Notes: generated from the sequence alone by a model not told the origin. A stretch of 64,000 bases of DNA from Octopus vulgaris (GCA_951406725.2 OX597840.1:930001-994000), one strand, 5' to 3'. Positions 27,799-41,426 are shown, counted from the first letter of the stretch. Numbers and translations are program-made.

Positions 27799-28318
27799 GT
27801 ATATGTTTGTATATATGTGTGTATATATATATATATATGTATGTCTATTTATATATGTTTGTACATATGTATACACATATATATTTGTATATATATACAT
27901 ATACAAGCATATGCACACACAAACAGACACAGACACATACGCACACATATATAGGTGTATATGTATGTATATATGAGTTTATGTATAGATATCTTTAAAC
28001 ATGTATATATTGTTTTGAATTTACATACAGGTGGAAAAAGAAGTACTAAATACAGAAGGATTGAGTAAATGATTATTGCTGCATATGTAAATATATATAG
28101 GGATATAAAAGAGACAAATGAAAATTGAAAATATCAAGAGGATGAACATGCGTGTGTAAGTATATGTGTGTGTGTGTGTGAGTAAGCATGAGTGTGTGCG
28201 TTCGCGTGTTAATGGGTGCTTTTGGGTATTTGTTTTCTCTGAACATCACTACTTGGCAGCCTACGTTGTTTTGTTTACCTCTCCGTAAAAACAAAATATG
28301 TGTTGAGGTCGATTTTAC

Positions 28319-28750
28319 AGCGCAGGAGTGGCTGTGTGGCAAGTAGCTTGCTTACCAACCACGTGGTTCCGGGTTCAGTCCCACTGCGTGGCTCCTTGGG
28401 CAGGAGTCTTCTACTATAGCCTCGGGCCGACCAAAGCCTTGTGAGTGGATTTGATAGACGGAAACTGAAAAGAAGCCCGTCGTATATATTTATATGTATA
28501 TATATATATATATATTTATGTGTGTATGTGTGTGTGTTTGCGTGTCTGTGTTTGTCGCCCGAACATCGCTTGACAACCGATGCTGGTATGCTTACGTCCC
28601 CGTAACTTAGCGGTTCGGCAAAAGAGTCCGATAGAATAAGTACTAGGCTTACCAAGAATAAGTCCTGGGGTCGATTTGCTCGAAGAAAAGCGGTGCTCCA
28701 GCATGGACGCAGTCAAATGACAGAAACAATTAAAAGAATACAAAAAGAGT
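28319..28750 (+). mobile_element. SINE family C, full length
   Basis: GGAGTGGCTGTGTGG A box, GGTTCAGTCCC B box, CORE-like CCTTGGGCA.G, internal (TA)(TG), family tail. Confidence 0.9.
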
Positions 28751-29484
28751 AACAACTTCAAGGCGGTGCCTTGTACACAGGTTGAAAAAAGATTGACAGA
28801 AAATGTCTGACTGGAGTGAAGGTTTTTGCCGATGCAGATTTAGTTCAAGTATAGAAAGTAGTGCCATAGCAAATTTTATGTATTTACATAACGTCACGTG
28901 ATACCAAAGCTATTAATGAAGACTTAAAAAACGGCAAATTTATGATGTTTTCTCGGATTAATTAGAATTATGACAGGTGACAGAAATGATTTCTTGTTAT
29001 GTATGTAGAATATAAGCTGACCTATAAAAATAGGTTTTCCTTATATGATAAAAAAAAACATTAATAATGATATCTGATACTTATTCCTATATAGCTCTCG
29101 GCTCATATTTTAGAAATTTTACGCATGTTGTATATCTTGGTCGTCGGAACTGTTGCAGTAAATTGTGACAGATTTGTACTTAACTTAGCATTTATATGGT
29201 ATCTGCACTCTTATGTCCACACAGCGATAAATTCGCAGCTATGAAAGATTCGTTGCCTACGTCACCGTGTTTTCTTAGGCGACGCGTAGCAAGTTGGTTG
29301 GTGTGTATACGAATTTCGACGTAGCGCTTGGTGTTTCGATCCCACGGCTTCATATCTTGCTAGGGAATCTTTAACTAGGTCATTGACTGAATCAACCGTT
29401 CGAGATTGAAACAGGAGAGAAATCGGGCGTACACACTCATACATAAGCACACACACATACCATATATATATGTATATATATATA

Positions 29485-29866
29485 TCTTTATATATAAAAG
29501 TGAAGTTGTGTATCTGTCTCCTACGATTTAGATTCCTAACTACTCCCACATTTTGCGGTGCAGTGTAACCAAAACCGGGTATCTTATAGTCGTGATTCAT
29601 ATCAAGCCCTTCTGTGTATTAGCGCGCGTCTACGATTAAAAAAAAAATTACATTCATTTTTTCCCATTTTTAATGCATTTTTTGGCTATTATATAAGGGA
29701 AGTAACTCTCTAAAAATGTATTATTAAATCTCAGAACGTAAAAAGCTACAGTAACACCCCCTTTGTGGTTAGCCATATTGAGATGGCTATTATACTTTAC
29801 ATCTCTAAAAATGCTTATATAGTTATTTCCCTTACAAACCCGAGCAACGCCGGGCGATACTGCTAG
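29485..29866 (+). mobile_element. Non-autonomous Helitron
   Basis: 5' TC after A, subterminal hairpin CCCGAGCAACGCCGGG, 3' CTAG followed by T, no TSD; second copy at 59930-60222. Confidence 0.88.
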
Positions 29867-30120
29867 TATATATATATATATATATATATGTAAGAGTCTG
29901 ACAAGATGTACGCAAAACCCTGGTTAACCCTATGAACTAGCTATCGAGCAATCTTCAGCCACATATAGAATTTTCCAACTAAACGGACAATGCACGTTCT
30001 TATCCCTATTTCATTTGCCAACATTATAAAGAGGGTAGATATATAGACAGAGAGGTTAATTTCATTCTTAAGAACATGATAGTAGTAGTGCATTGTCCGT
30101 TTAATTAGAAAATTCTATAA

Positions 30121-30206
30121 GTGGCTGAAGATTGCTCGACATTTTAAAATTGGTGTAATACTTACAGTGTTTAATAAAATGAAGTAGCATGAAACAATTG
30201 TACTAC
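30121..30206 (+). ncRNA. Type I hammerhead-like motif with an upstream inverted duplication (29944-29995 vs 30088-30139)
   Basis: Stem I GTGG/CTAC; CTGAAGA 30125-30131; stem II TGCT/AGCA and CATTTTA/TAAAATG with U.U at its base; GAAA 30191-30194; palindromic stem III ACAATTGT; GTA triplet. Confidence 0.68.
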
Positions 30207-30347
30207 ACTACCTTGGATATCCTTGTGGCTTATTTTGATTATAATCATCTCATTTGATTTATATGGACAATAGCATACAAAATTCTGGTGCATTTAACTT
30301 AATTACCATATTCATCTGAATCCAAATTTTACTGAACTTATATACAC

Positions 30348-30393
<46 letters not shown>

Positions 30394-30399
30394 TCGTGT

Positions 30400-30629
30400 G
30401 TGCAAGTGTTTTTGTGTTTATATAAGTCCCTCCAAAACCGTTTCAAAACCTGTAATGTGTTTACGTCCACGTAACTTAGCGGTTTGGAAAAATACACTAG
30501 TAGGATAAGCGCTGGGCTTTAAAAATTAAGTCCTGGGTTCGATTTGTTGGCTTAAAACCTTTCAAGACAATGATCCAGCATGGTTGCAGTTACTTGATTA
30601 AAACAAATAAATCAATAATATATATAAGA

Positions 30630-30703
<74 letters not shown>

Positions 30704-31005
30704 ATATATATATATATATATATAGCTCCAGTTTCTTTGCGTGGCACCTTGGGTGAGTGTCGTCTACTAAAGCTTCGGGGTGAATAAAGACTTGAGGTAG
30801 AAGGAAACTGAAAGAAGCCCATCGTATATAATATGTACATTTGCTTCGTGCGTTTATATCACCTTAACTTAGCGGTTCGGCAAGTGACCAATAGAATAAG
30901 TACCAAGCTTACAAAGAATAAGTGCAGGGTTCGATTTCTTCAACTAAAGGATTGTGAACCAGGATGGCCTGAGTCCAGTGGCTGAAAGAAGTATATGAAT
31001 AAAAG
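30400..31005 (+). mobile_element. Two degenerate SINE family C pieces separated by (TA)n
   Basis: GTAACTTAGCGGTT, GCGTGGCACCTTGGG, GGAAACTGAAAGAAGCCC and TAGAATAAGTACC motifs. Confidence 0.75.
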
Positions 31006-31317
31006 AATATATATATACATACATATTTTTAACCGTAAAGGTTCTTTTAATATACTGCCACAATTCCTGATGTAGTTTTTTTCTGTAGAGAAAAAGGCTA
31101 CATTCCTTTTAATAGTAGTAAACTAATTACTGCTTGCTGCAGGGGGACTTGTAACCACTACAATATGTAGCGGCGGCAAGTCAACATGTTGTTCTGAGAC
31201 TTAACCTAAGAACCTTTATTTTTGGATATAACGGGTTTACTCAGATGTGCTTGTGTTATTCGCTTCCGCTGTTTTCCAGGGGCACGTGTGAGTATCTCAC
31301 TTATATTCTCTTGTAAG

Positions 31318-31376
31318 CTTAACTGAAGACGAACGAACCCTTATGGGGTTAATTCCGAAATTGATTCAATATTGAG
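31318..31376 (+). ncRNA. Type I hammerhead-like motif
   Basis: Stem I CTTAA/TTGAG; CTGAAGA 31323-31329; stem II GAA/TTC plus AACCC/GGGTT with C.C at its base; GAAA 31357-31360; stem III ATTGA-T-TCAAT; ATA triplet. Confidence 0.65.
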
Positions 31377-31504
31377 ATAACGAAATTTAAATGTTCCAAA
31401 GGTATAGTTGCCCGAATTTCAGTTCAACTTTCTGTAGCAAGTAGATTAAACGTGGATTTCAGTATATTGGCTTTAGAAAACCTTCTTTAGCCCTTGCTTA
31501 TAAG

Positions 31505-31553
<49 letters not shown>

Positions 31554-31786
31554 GTATGTATGTATGTATGTGTGTATTTAAATACATGGATATATCTATA
31601 CACATATCCACATATGCACGCAGAACCGAAGTTAAGTGCATTTACCGACAGTAGATAAGTAGAAAGCAAGCGTGATAGTGGGAGTAGAAAATATACAGGA
31701 AGGAGCCAAAACGAATAGGAGATGATGTAGAATAATTATCGATTTTTTGCCAATCAGTCAGAAGTGACTGCGTTAGATTCATTCGA

Positions 31787-31804
31787 TGGCGACATCTAGC
31801 GGCA
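31787..31804 (-). promoter_or_regulatory. CTCF-like motif
   Basis: Minus strand TGCCGCTAGATGTCGCCA resembles the CTCF core CC(A/G)(C/G)YAGRKGGCR. Motif match only. Confidence 0.4.
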
Positions 31805-31988
31805 GAATTTAATTCAGTTGAGTGATGATATTAGGTCATATTAAGTGCGTCTAATTGTCTTTATTCCCACATCTGGTTTTATCAACCCTTTTACCGCCAT
31901 CAACATCAGATGCATGTAAACATGCATGGAGGCGTATCTGCTTGTTTGTTTGCACATGAGTGTGACTCTACATACAATATATATAAAA

Positions 31989-32033
<45 letters not shown>

Positions 32034-32085
32034 TAAAACTTACTTCGGGATGGATGCTGGCGATCAATCATATAATAAAGTAAAT

Positions 32086-32129
<44 letters not shown>

Positions 32130-32496
32130 TATATACATACATGTACATATATATGTATATACACATGCACATGTGGGCACAGGACGTCAAAAAGCTTACC
32201 CTTTTTCATGTTGTTTACGTGTTTTGACGTCCTGTACCCATATATACATGTGTATATACATATATATGTAAGTATGTACATTTAAGTATATATATATATG
32301 TACATATAAATTATATGCATATATATATATTTATATACGTGTCTATCTATCTCTCTATATATATACATAAAAATGTGTATATATACACATTTGAATACAT
32401 GTATTTAAATACGGGAATATGCCATACACATAGGTTATTCATGTTATATACACATATTCATTTCATAGATACATACATATATATATATATATCAGG

Positions 32497-32658
32497 ACGC
32501 CATGATAGATCGTTAGCTCCTACACGCATTTGTTTTCTCTCCTTGTTTCTCTCTTTGTTTTTCTGAGTCCCTTTCTGTAGAGGAGCATAGGCTCGAAACG
32601 TAAAAGACTTTTTCTATTCCTGAGCTTTATACTAATACATCTGTTTGTTTTGTAAACC

Positions 32659-32705
<47 letters not shown>

Positions 32706-32904
32706 CCATGATAGATCATTAGCCACTGCACACATTTTTTCTCGTCTTGTTTCTCTCCTTGTTTCTTTCTGTGTCCCTTTCTGTAGAAGAGCGTAGGCTC
32801 GAAACGTAAAGGACTTTTTCTATTTCTGAGCGCTATACTAATACATTTGTTTGTTTGTACTCCACCTGCTTTCGTCTTTTGTTTATTTTCGTAAACTTTC
32901 CCTT
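32497..32904 (+). mobile_element. Two tandem copies of a ~170-200-bp repeat carrying a hammerhead-like motif (putative Penelope-like pLTR remnant), embedded in (TA)n
   Basis: Copies 32497-32663 and 32703-32904 share GCCATGATAGATC.TTAGC...CTTTCTGTAGA(A/G)GAGC.TAGGCTCGAAACGTAAA; a third copy is at 40729-40900. Confidence 0.7.
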
Positions 32905-33859
32905 TATATATATATACACACACTTTTACAGCTACAAATTCATATAGATACCCAGGTTTATATATACAGGTATATATATATATATATGTCTGTGTGTGTG
33001 TGTGTATGTGTATGCATATGTATGTGTGTGTGTGTAGGGGTATGCGTACATTTCAATTTCACAATGAACAAGAGAAGTGCACCCGCCGCTTTCTCTCTGT
33101 CAGATCTTATTGTGTACATTATACCATTATTGAAATTACACGTGGAAGTATATTCATATGCATACAACTGGTACATATTCAGACACACATACTTGTCCGT
33201 GTATGTATTACTGTGTATGAATGTATGTTACATATACGTGTCTTTTTTGTCATGTGATATATAATCTACACATTTCGTATGATGAAATTCAAACAGGTTT
33301 TACTTCGTACATACGCACATCATCCATTATATATACCTCACAAAATGGCTGGGTATTGGTTTCTGATATATAAATTCTAATAATGCATATTTATAATGAG
33401 GAAAATAAGTTCGTTAATTAATCTAAATTATAACCTTACTGGAAGGTACGATAATTAGATTTAATATTTAATAAGTGTTGTGAGAATTAAAGAAAGTAGT
33501 TTATTAAAAATTAAGTTGAATATCCGATGAGTAATAGTACTGATAGCCCGGGTGCAAGCAAGGAAAAGGGAAGGCTCGATTTTTGCTTGGAAGCTTAGAA
33601 TAAATCGTCACGCAGTTATCTATCTTTATGAGAACTCTTCAATGTTGCCTCTAAATGTTTTATTATGCGATATTTCAATAAAATAGCGAGTGCATTGGAT
33701 GAAGAGAGCTCATCAGTTTGATTAGAAGAAATATTTTTCCTAATATTAATATTACACATATGTTTAAATATTTTCGGAGGTTAGTTAGAATTCTTGATAT
33801 ATTGTAAAGTTTCATTGATCACTCCTTCATGCCATGAGAAATTATAAAGACAGTTAAAA

Positions 33860-34010
33860 TTATTTACCTTATTTGCATTTCACGGATATTTGTCCTCATC
33901 TTGTTTGTTGTTAGCATAATGTTTCAGTTGATATAACCCTCCAGGCTTCATCAGGTGTCTTGGGGAAATTTCGAACCTGGGTTCGCATTCCTAAGATATT
34001 CCCGATGTTG
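33860..34010 (-). mobile_element. Short repeat with a decayed hammerhead-like motif (33914-33958) next to (TTC)n
   Basis: Minus strand ACAC-CTGATGA-AGCCTGGAGGGTTATATCAACT-GAAAC-ATT-ATGC. Core intact, stems partly mutated. Confidence 0.5.
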
Positions 34011-34016
34011 TTGTGG

Positions 34017-34090
34017 TTCTTCTTCTTCTTCTTCTTCTTCTTCTTCTTCTTCTTCTTCTTCTTCTTCTTCTTCTTCTTTTTCTTCTTCTT

Positions 34091-34121
<31 letters not shown>

Positions 34122-34166
34122 TTATTATTATTATTGTTGTTGTCGTCGTCATCATCATCATCATCA
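34017..34166. repeat. (TTC)n-(TTA)n-(TTG)n-(TCG)n-(TCA)n compound microsatellite
   Basis: Directly visible. Confidence 0.97.
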
Positions 34167-34240
34167 TATGGCGTAGTGGTTAAGAGCGTGGGTTACTAAC
34201 CCCAAGATTCCGAGTTCGATTCCAAGCAGTGACTTGAATA
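34167..34240 (+). mobile_element. tRNA-derived pseudogene or very short SINE
   Basis: A box TGGCGTAGTGG, anticodon-like arm GGG-TTACTAA-CCC, B box GAGTTCGATTCC; no acceptor stem; followed by an (AAT/AAC)n-like tail. Confidence 0.6.
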
Positions 34241-34300
34241 ACAATAAGAATAAGAATAACAACAACAGAAGCAGGGCCAATTTGATTCGAGCATGTAGAT

Positions 34301-34492
34301 CAGTGCTTTTCATACTTTTTGCTGGAGCGGAACCCCAAGGAAAAACTCGAGGAACCCCTGTGCAATAATTTAATAGTCTTATGCACACATATCTGGACAG
34401 GAGAATTAAAAATTACTGCCGATTTTAGCAGTTTTGTAACTTCTTGCGGAACCCCTGGACTGTACTGGCGGAACCCTGGTTGAAAACCACTG
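34301..34492. mobile_element. hAT (Charlie-like) MITE
   Basis: TIRs CAGTGCTTTTCA / TGAAAACCACTG; exact 8-bp TSD ATGTAGAT at 34293-34300 and 34493-34500. Confidence 0.92.
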
Positions 34493-35127
34493 ATGTAGAT
34501 GATTAAGATCTCGTAAAGAAGTAGTTGTTGAAGCTAAAGGCGACTTTATTAAACACCAGTATAGAAAAGGTTTATTTTTATCCTCATAGAACTTTTTCAT
34601 AATGTTATTATCTGTTATTATATGGCTGTTTTCTTTTTATTACTATAAATCTGTCCTCAAATATCTTACGCAGTCTGTATATTGGTAAGGTGGCGAATAG
34701 TTTCACTATTGCTGAATTATTTTGGAGAAATATTGTTTTTCGACTAGTTAAATGCATACACACACACACACACACACACTCACACATAACAAAATATATG
34801 TGTATGAATATGTGAGCGGATGTATATACACAAGCACAACACACACATCCCATATATATAAATAAGCATCACTATGCACAAACACTCACACACATATCTA
34901 TACATTCATTTATCCATTTATGCATACACGTATGTACATATGTACGTAGATACAGTATATTTGTGTATATACATGCTTATGCATATACAAGTATTTATAA
35001 ACATGATACGGACACAAACATACACATACACAAACATACATTTATATGCATATATATGTGTGTGAAATTACATACATACATCTATGTGTGCGTACATACA
35101 TATATATCTATATATATATATATCTAC

Positions 35128-35222
<95 letters not shown>

Positions 35223-35227
35223 AATCA

Positions 35228-35293
<66 letters not shown>

Positions 35294-35316
35294 CTGTCTG
35301 TCTGTCTGTCTATCTA

Positions 35317-35379
<63 letters not shown>

Positions 35380-35904
35380 GAAGTGCTATGTACTATTAGA
35401 AATATGAAATTTATGTTTCCATTTACGTATGCATATCCACAGATACATATAAGTATGGATATGCATATATATGTACGTCTGTATTAATCTATCTATCTAT
35501 CTATATATCTATCTATCTTTATTTGTCTCTCTCTCTATATATATATCTATGTACATATATATTCATACATGCATATACAGACACATACATATGCGTGTGT
35601 ATATGTGTGCATGTGTTTTCGCCTCTGTGTGTGCGTATGTGTGTGTGTGTATTTAGATAATCTTAATGAATATTGACATTAATGTGGCGTCATTGCAAAA
35701 TCACAAATCCTTTCACAATGCTATATCTGTCGCCATGAAAACAAAAATGTATCCTCATATATTTCAACACACACTAAATACACGGACGCGGTGTACTCCG
35801 CCCTTACACATATCAGTCTATATAATTTATGTGTCAAATACTTTCATCCTCTCCCCCATTCTGTATGTCCCTCTCGATATATATATACATACATGCATAT
35901 ATAT

Positions 35905-35964
<60 letters not shown>

Positions 35965-36200
35965 GTGTGTGTCCGTATGTGCGTGTCGGAGTATGTGTGC
36001 ATATATATACTCATATAAGAATATATATATATATGTGTGTGTGTGTGTGTAGAAATATATTCATACATATATACATCCGTACATTTCAATCGATAAATCA
36101 TTTTATCTATCTATATATACATCTATCGCTTTCAGGTTTCTGTATGTACTTATACCTGCATGTATGTAAGTATGTATGTATGTATGTATGTATATATATA

Positions 36201-36241
<41 letters not shown>

Positions 36242-36266
36242 GAATATATATATATATTTAAATATA

Positions 36267-36349
<83 letters not shown>

Positions 36350-36584
36350 TTTTACGTCTATATGTCTACCTACCTACTTGCCTATATTTTCGTGAAATGC
36401 GGTGAATTCATTTAAAAATATAAATTCTCTCTTAATTTTTAGTTTGCAAACTGCTCATTTCCATTAATTTTGCCGTGCTAATAAGATTTATCACATCAAA
36501 CACCAAAAGGTCAACCATTTTATGAAATAACTCACGGAAATTGCCTTAGTTTATAAAACAGGAATTTAATAATTTCTAATAACG

Positions 36585-37155
<571 letters not shown>

Positions 37156-37328
37156 TATTTCGTAGCCGCCACATATATACATAAAATCAAAGATACGAGC
37201 CCTTACATTGTGCTTGCATATATATATATAAATGGAACAAAAACGCAATAGAGTACAATAAAACATTCGGACTGATAGACTATACAAGGCGGACAAGAGA
37301 AACAACAATTAGAAGGGCTGGCATATAT

Positions 37329-37549
37329 ATTTCTTTACTATCCACAAGGGGCTAAACATAGAGGAGACAAAAAAGGACAGACAAAGGGATTAAATCGATT
37401 ACATCGACCCCAGTGCGGGACTAGTACTTAATTTATCGACCCTGAGAGGATGAAAGGCAAAGTCGACCTCGGCGGAATTTGAACTCAGAACGTAACGACA
37501 GACGAAATACCGCTAAGCACTTCGCCCGGCGCGCTAACGTTTCTGCCAT
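37329..37549 (-). mobile_element. SINE family A, single unit
   Basis: Consensus match; TSD CTGGCATATAT at 37318-37328 and 37550-37560. Confidence 0.9.
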
Positions 37550-37960
37550 CTGGCATATATGTGTGTCGGTGTGTGTGTGTATGTGTGTGTTTGTGTGTGT
37601 GAGATGGTAGATTAGAAGGTAGATAAACAGTAAGGGATTACCTCTACAACGAATACCAGCTTGCTCTAAGTTAGCTATTCAAACTATGTTATTCCAAAGT
37701 TAACTTCTAAATCGAATAAAGTTCGTATACGATACGAAATGAGAGCAATATTCCGTTAGATAATTCTGAATACATTTCCTTAAACATATAGCTTTTTTCT
37801 GGAGTATGAACATTGACAATATTAAAAATAGGGATTACTCCGAAGCAGCAATAGTTTTATCTTTAATTCTATAATTATATTTCGTGTTTGGATTTGGTTT
37901 GCAAGATTCTTTATATGAGTTCGTGTGTTGAAGCATATTTTGTTGTGTCTGGAGAGTGTT

Positions 37961-38183
37961 ATTTTCTTTTTGTGCCCTATAATTTATCACGCTCACCGGT
38001 AAAATTTCCACTTATTTCTTATTTTTATTTTCCTAAAATTTTCGTTGCGTCTTGCAAAATTTTAAATAGTCTTGACTCCTGACCATAGTCTTGACAAGAG
38101 TCAAGACTATTGACAAGGTTGCAAGTCGCAACGAAAATTTTAGAAAAAAATAATTGTTAAATTATAAGGCACAAAAAGAAAAT
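37961..38183. repeat. Fold-back inverted repeat element
   Basis: Outer arms ATTTTCTTTTTGTGCC.TATAATTTA / TAAATTATAAGGCACAAAAAGAAAAT; inner arms CTAAAATTTTCGTTGCG..TTGCAA...ATAGTCTTGACTC / GAGTCAAGACTAT...TTGCAAG.CGCAACGAAAATTTTAG. Confidence 0.85.
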
Positions 38184-38211
38184 GTCTCTATAATTATAGT
38201 CTGCCTCTTAA

Positions 38212-38258
38212 GACCAACAAATGTTTCAATTGCACCGATTAGCAATCTCATTAGGGTC
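38212..38258 (-). ncRNA. Hammerhead-like motif with a core substitution (CUAAUGA)
   Basis: Minus strand GACC-CTAATGA-GATTGC..GCAATT-GAAAC-ATTT-GTT-GGTC. Stems I and II pair; G5 is changed to A. Confidence 0.6.
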
Positions 38259-38654
38259 TTTACTTGATATCTCTCGGTATGGCGGTTGGCTGATTTTCTT
38301 ATATATACTCTGCATTGTAAAATGTAAAGCTCCCCGTTAAGTCAGATGCGAAAATCTCTTTTTCAAATTCTTATTGGATAACCATTTTCAGTTCATCATT
38401 TCAAAACATTGTATAGTTTAAGTGACAATTATTCATTAACATTTAGCAAATATGGCTGTCCTCATGTGCAAGCATACACCTGTATGTATATCTGATCTTT
38501 AATTCTTGGTTTGACTACCAACCGTGAAACATCTCTATTCCTCCCTATGCCTGTCATCTCTTATGTCCCTCCCGTAATGCTTCAATTTCACACACGCCAG
38601 CTAAATTCGTCCTTAATCGAAAGATACCTGTTGTTATTCCTTTATTTGCATTTG

Positions 38655-38960
38655 TATTTGTGTACCATTTCTCTGTTTTTCCCGTCCTTGTTTTCGTATA
38701 CATTAGCTGCTTTCTTACAAGGAATCTCGTGCACCTAACTTGTTATTTTTTTTTAGGTGGCGAAGCTGGCTAGATTGAAGCAATCTCGTGTATAACTAGC
38801 CGAAATTGCTAAGATAATCTGGAACTCGACTGAAGAAAGAAAACACTGAATGACCCGTCCTTGTTTTTCCGTATTGTCTGCCTGGATGTTGTGTTGTCCA
38901 TATTTTGCATCAACTAACTATCTGGAGGTTTTGCTTTATTGTTCCATTTTTGGTATTCCT
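38655..38960 (+). repeat. Interspersed repeat shared with 56008-56250 (unclassified)
   Basis: Shared TTTCCCGTCCTTGTTTT.GTATACATT, CAAGGAATCT, GCAATCTC, AGCCGAAATTGC and GACTGAAGA blocks. Confidence 0.75.
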
Positions 38961-38964
38961 TTAT

Positions 38965-39035
<71 letters not shown>

Positions 39036-39062
39036 ACATATATGGTAAGACTTGTATATATG

Positions 39063-39109
<47 letters not shown>

Positions 39110-39111
<2 letters not shown>

Positions 39112-39267
39112 CACCGCCAGCAATTTTTTTTTCCTCTGTCTTCCCTTCTCGGGATCTTTCCTTCTCCTTTGTTTCCGACGAAGAGCTCCGCTCGAAACAT
39201 TAAACCCTCCTTCATTTCTTTCCTGACGCGTTGCTGTGTTTTTTTGTGTTTTCTTGTTTGGATTAAC

Positions 39268-39268
<1 letters not shown>
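39110..39268 (+). mobile_element. Short (TA)n-embedded repeat with a hammerhead-like motif at 39171-39205
   Basis: GTTT-CCGACGA-A-GAGC-TCC-GCTC-GAAAC-ATT-AAAC; related to the 32.5-kb and 56.47-kb motifs. Confidence 0.6.
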
Positions 39269-39330
<62 letters not shown>

Positions 39331-40314
39331 GCACACACATATACACTTATATACGGATATTGCATCTTAGTTTCACTCGATATTTAACAAAAAGCAATGC
39401 TTATAATACTGGTAGCTATATGTTCAATTTCCCTTTGCATATAAATATGTCGCAGTATAACAGAATATTTTCAATTACAAAATTCCTTGTTTATCCTATC
39501 AATCTATCAATTTATATTAAAATAAAACGTTATTTAGTTTGGTACAACCCTCTTTTTAGTTTTTCACTCAGCCTCTAATACACAAAGCATTTATCTTAAC
39601 CACAAATGTAAAAGTATTCGTCATATCATTACTAGGCTACGATTCTTCTGACAAAAACTCTGTAAACTGTAAACCGCTGTATTAATATTCTCATTGGTTT
39701 TATACAGTCTCAGCAAATTCCTCGATGCTACTGTAGCCATAGTGAACATTCTGTACAAATTGGCAAACACATTAACAAGGCGTTTATATGTCATGCGATA
39801 ATATCTTTGGTTATTATCATATTTGATAGCACACCATATTTGTCTTCCGGTCATATTGATAATACTTTCTAAAGTAGATACATTTAACATAATTATACCT
39901 TCAGAAAAGTTCTGGGATGCAGTACTGTTTAGTTGTCAAAATATCTCTGGATATTGAATGATAAAGAACTAAGCAACATCGTAATTAAATTCGGTAAAAG
40001 GTTTAAGAACTAATGAAATGTTTTATAATTCTGCCACATCTTATTATCTTCTAAATTCTATGAAGGAATTTCATTCGTAAATGTCAAAATAAATGAATTA
40101 GTAGTTTGCTTTCAAAATTCTTGGAGAGTTATAGAATAGTCAGTGCAGATTTGAAATTTCTTTGAAAATTCTTTGTAAACCAGGACAGTACGTAAAACGG
40201 CATTGCATGTTTTTGCTTTTTAAATTCTATCATAGCAATATTTCTATCTTTGAATGCATTCTAGCTTCTTTATGCCAGTGACTACTGATGGAAACTTAGA
40301 TTATAGATTTATAG

Positions 40315-40423
40315 GGTTCGGTCCCACTGCGTGGCACCTTGGGCAAGTGTCTTCTACTATAGCATCGGGCCGACCAAAGCCTTGTGAGTGGATTTGGTAG
40401 ACGGAAACTGAAGGAAGCCCGTC

Positions 40424-40478
<55 letters not shown>

Positions 40479-40688
40479 TGTGTGTGTTTGTGTGTCTGTG
40501 TTTGTCCCCTAGCATTGCTTGACAACCGATGCTGGTGTGTTTATGTCCCCGTTACTTAGCGGTTCGGCAAAAGAGACCGATAGAATAAGTACTGGGCTTA
40601 CAAAAGAATAAGTCCCGGGGTCGAGTTGCTCGATTAAAGGCGGTGCTCCAGCATGGCCGCAGTCAAATGACTGAAACAACTAAAGAGT
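40315..40688 (+). mobile_element. SINE family C, 5'-truncated in the head
   Basis: GGTTCGGTCCCACTGCGTGGCACCTTGGGCAAGTGTCTTCTAC through to the tail GGCGGTGCTCCAGCATGGCCGCAGTCAAATGACTGAAAC. Confidence 0.9.
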
Positions 40689-40728
40689 ATATATATATAT
40701 GTATATCAGTCGCCATCATAGATCGTTA

Positions 40729-40900
40729 GCCACTACACGCACTTTTTTTCTCTCCTTGTTTTTTCTGTGTCCCTTTCTGCTGAAGAGCGTAGGCTTGAAA
40801 CGTAAACTACTTTTTTCTATTCCTGAGCGTTATACGAATACATCTGTTTGTTTTGTACACCACCTGTCTTCTTCTTTTGTTTTTTTCGTAAACTCTCCCT
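40729..40900 (+). mobile_element. Third copy of the 32.5-kb hammerhead-like repeat
   Basis: TTT-CTGCTGA-A-GAGC-GTAG-GCTT-GAAACGTA at 40774-40804; flanks match 32703-32904. Confidence 0.7.
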
Positions 40901-40922
40901 ATATAATATATGTGAGTGTGTG

Positions 40923-40972
<50 letters not shown>

Positions 40973-41426
40973 TGTCTGTGTCTGTGTAGATATATGCATC
41001 TCTAACTTTATATGTATATATATATACATTAGGTCCTGGTAGGGTAAAAAGTGTAGGACATTTCCAGGGAAGCACTCAACCCGAGTTTTGGGCTATCAAT
41101 ACTATTGGATTCTAGACCTTTACCGAAATTCTGAAAGTGTAGAAAAAGTCCCGCTTATATAACAGTAACACCATCGTGTGGGTTTGGCGAAGAGCAAATT
41201 ATACACGAAATAATATGACAAAGAAATTCTTTAACAGATCTGTTATGATCCGTTACAAATATTTCTGTACCAACGTTGCTCGCAACGCCAGTTTATGCAA
41301 AATTTCGTTGTGAAAATTTATATATTCATATACATACACATATATGTACATATATATATATATATATATATATACATATGTGCAAACATAATTTCATGAG
41401 TTCATTGAAAGTTATCTATGTATGTG

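Noticed and set aside
41183-41222. TTTG-GCGAAGA...CACGAAA...CAAA hammerhead-like string
   Set aside because: Core, stem II and triplet are all degenerate.
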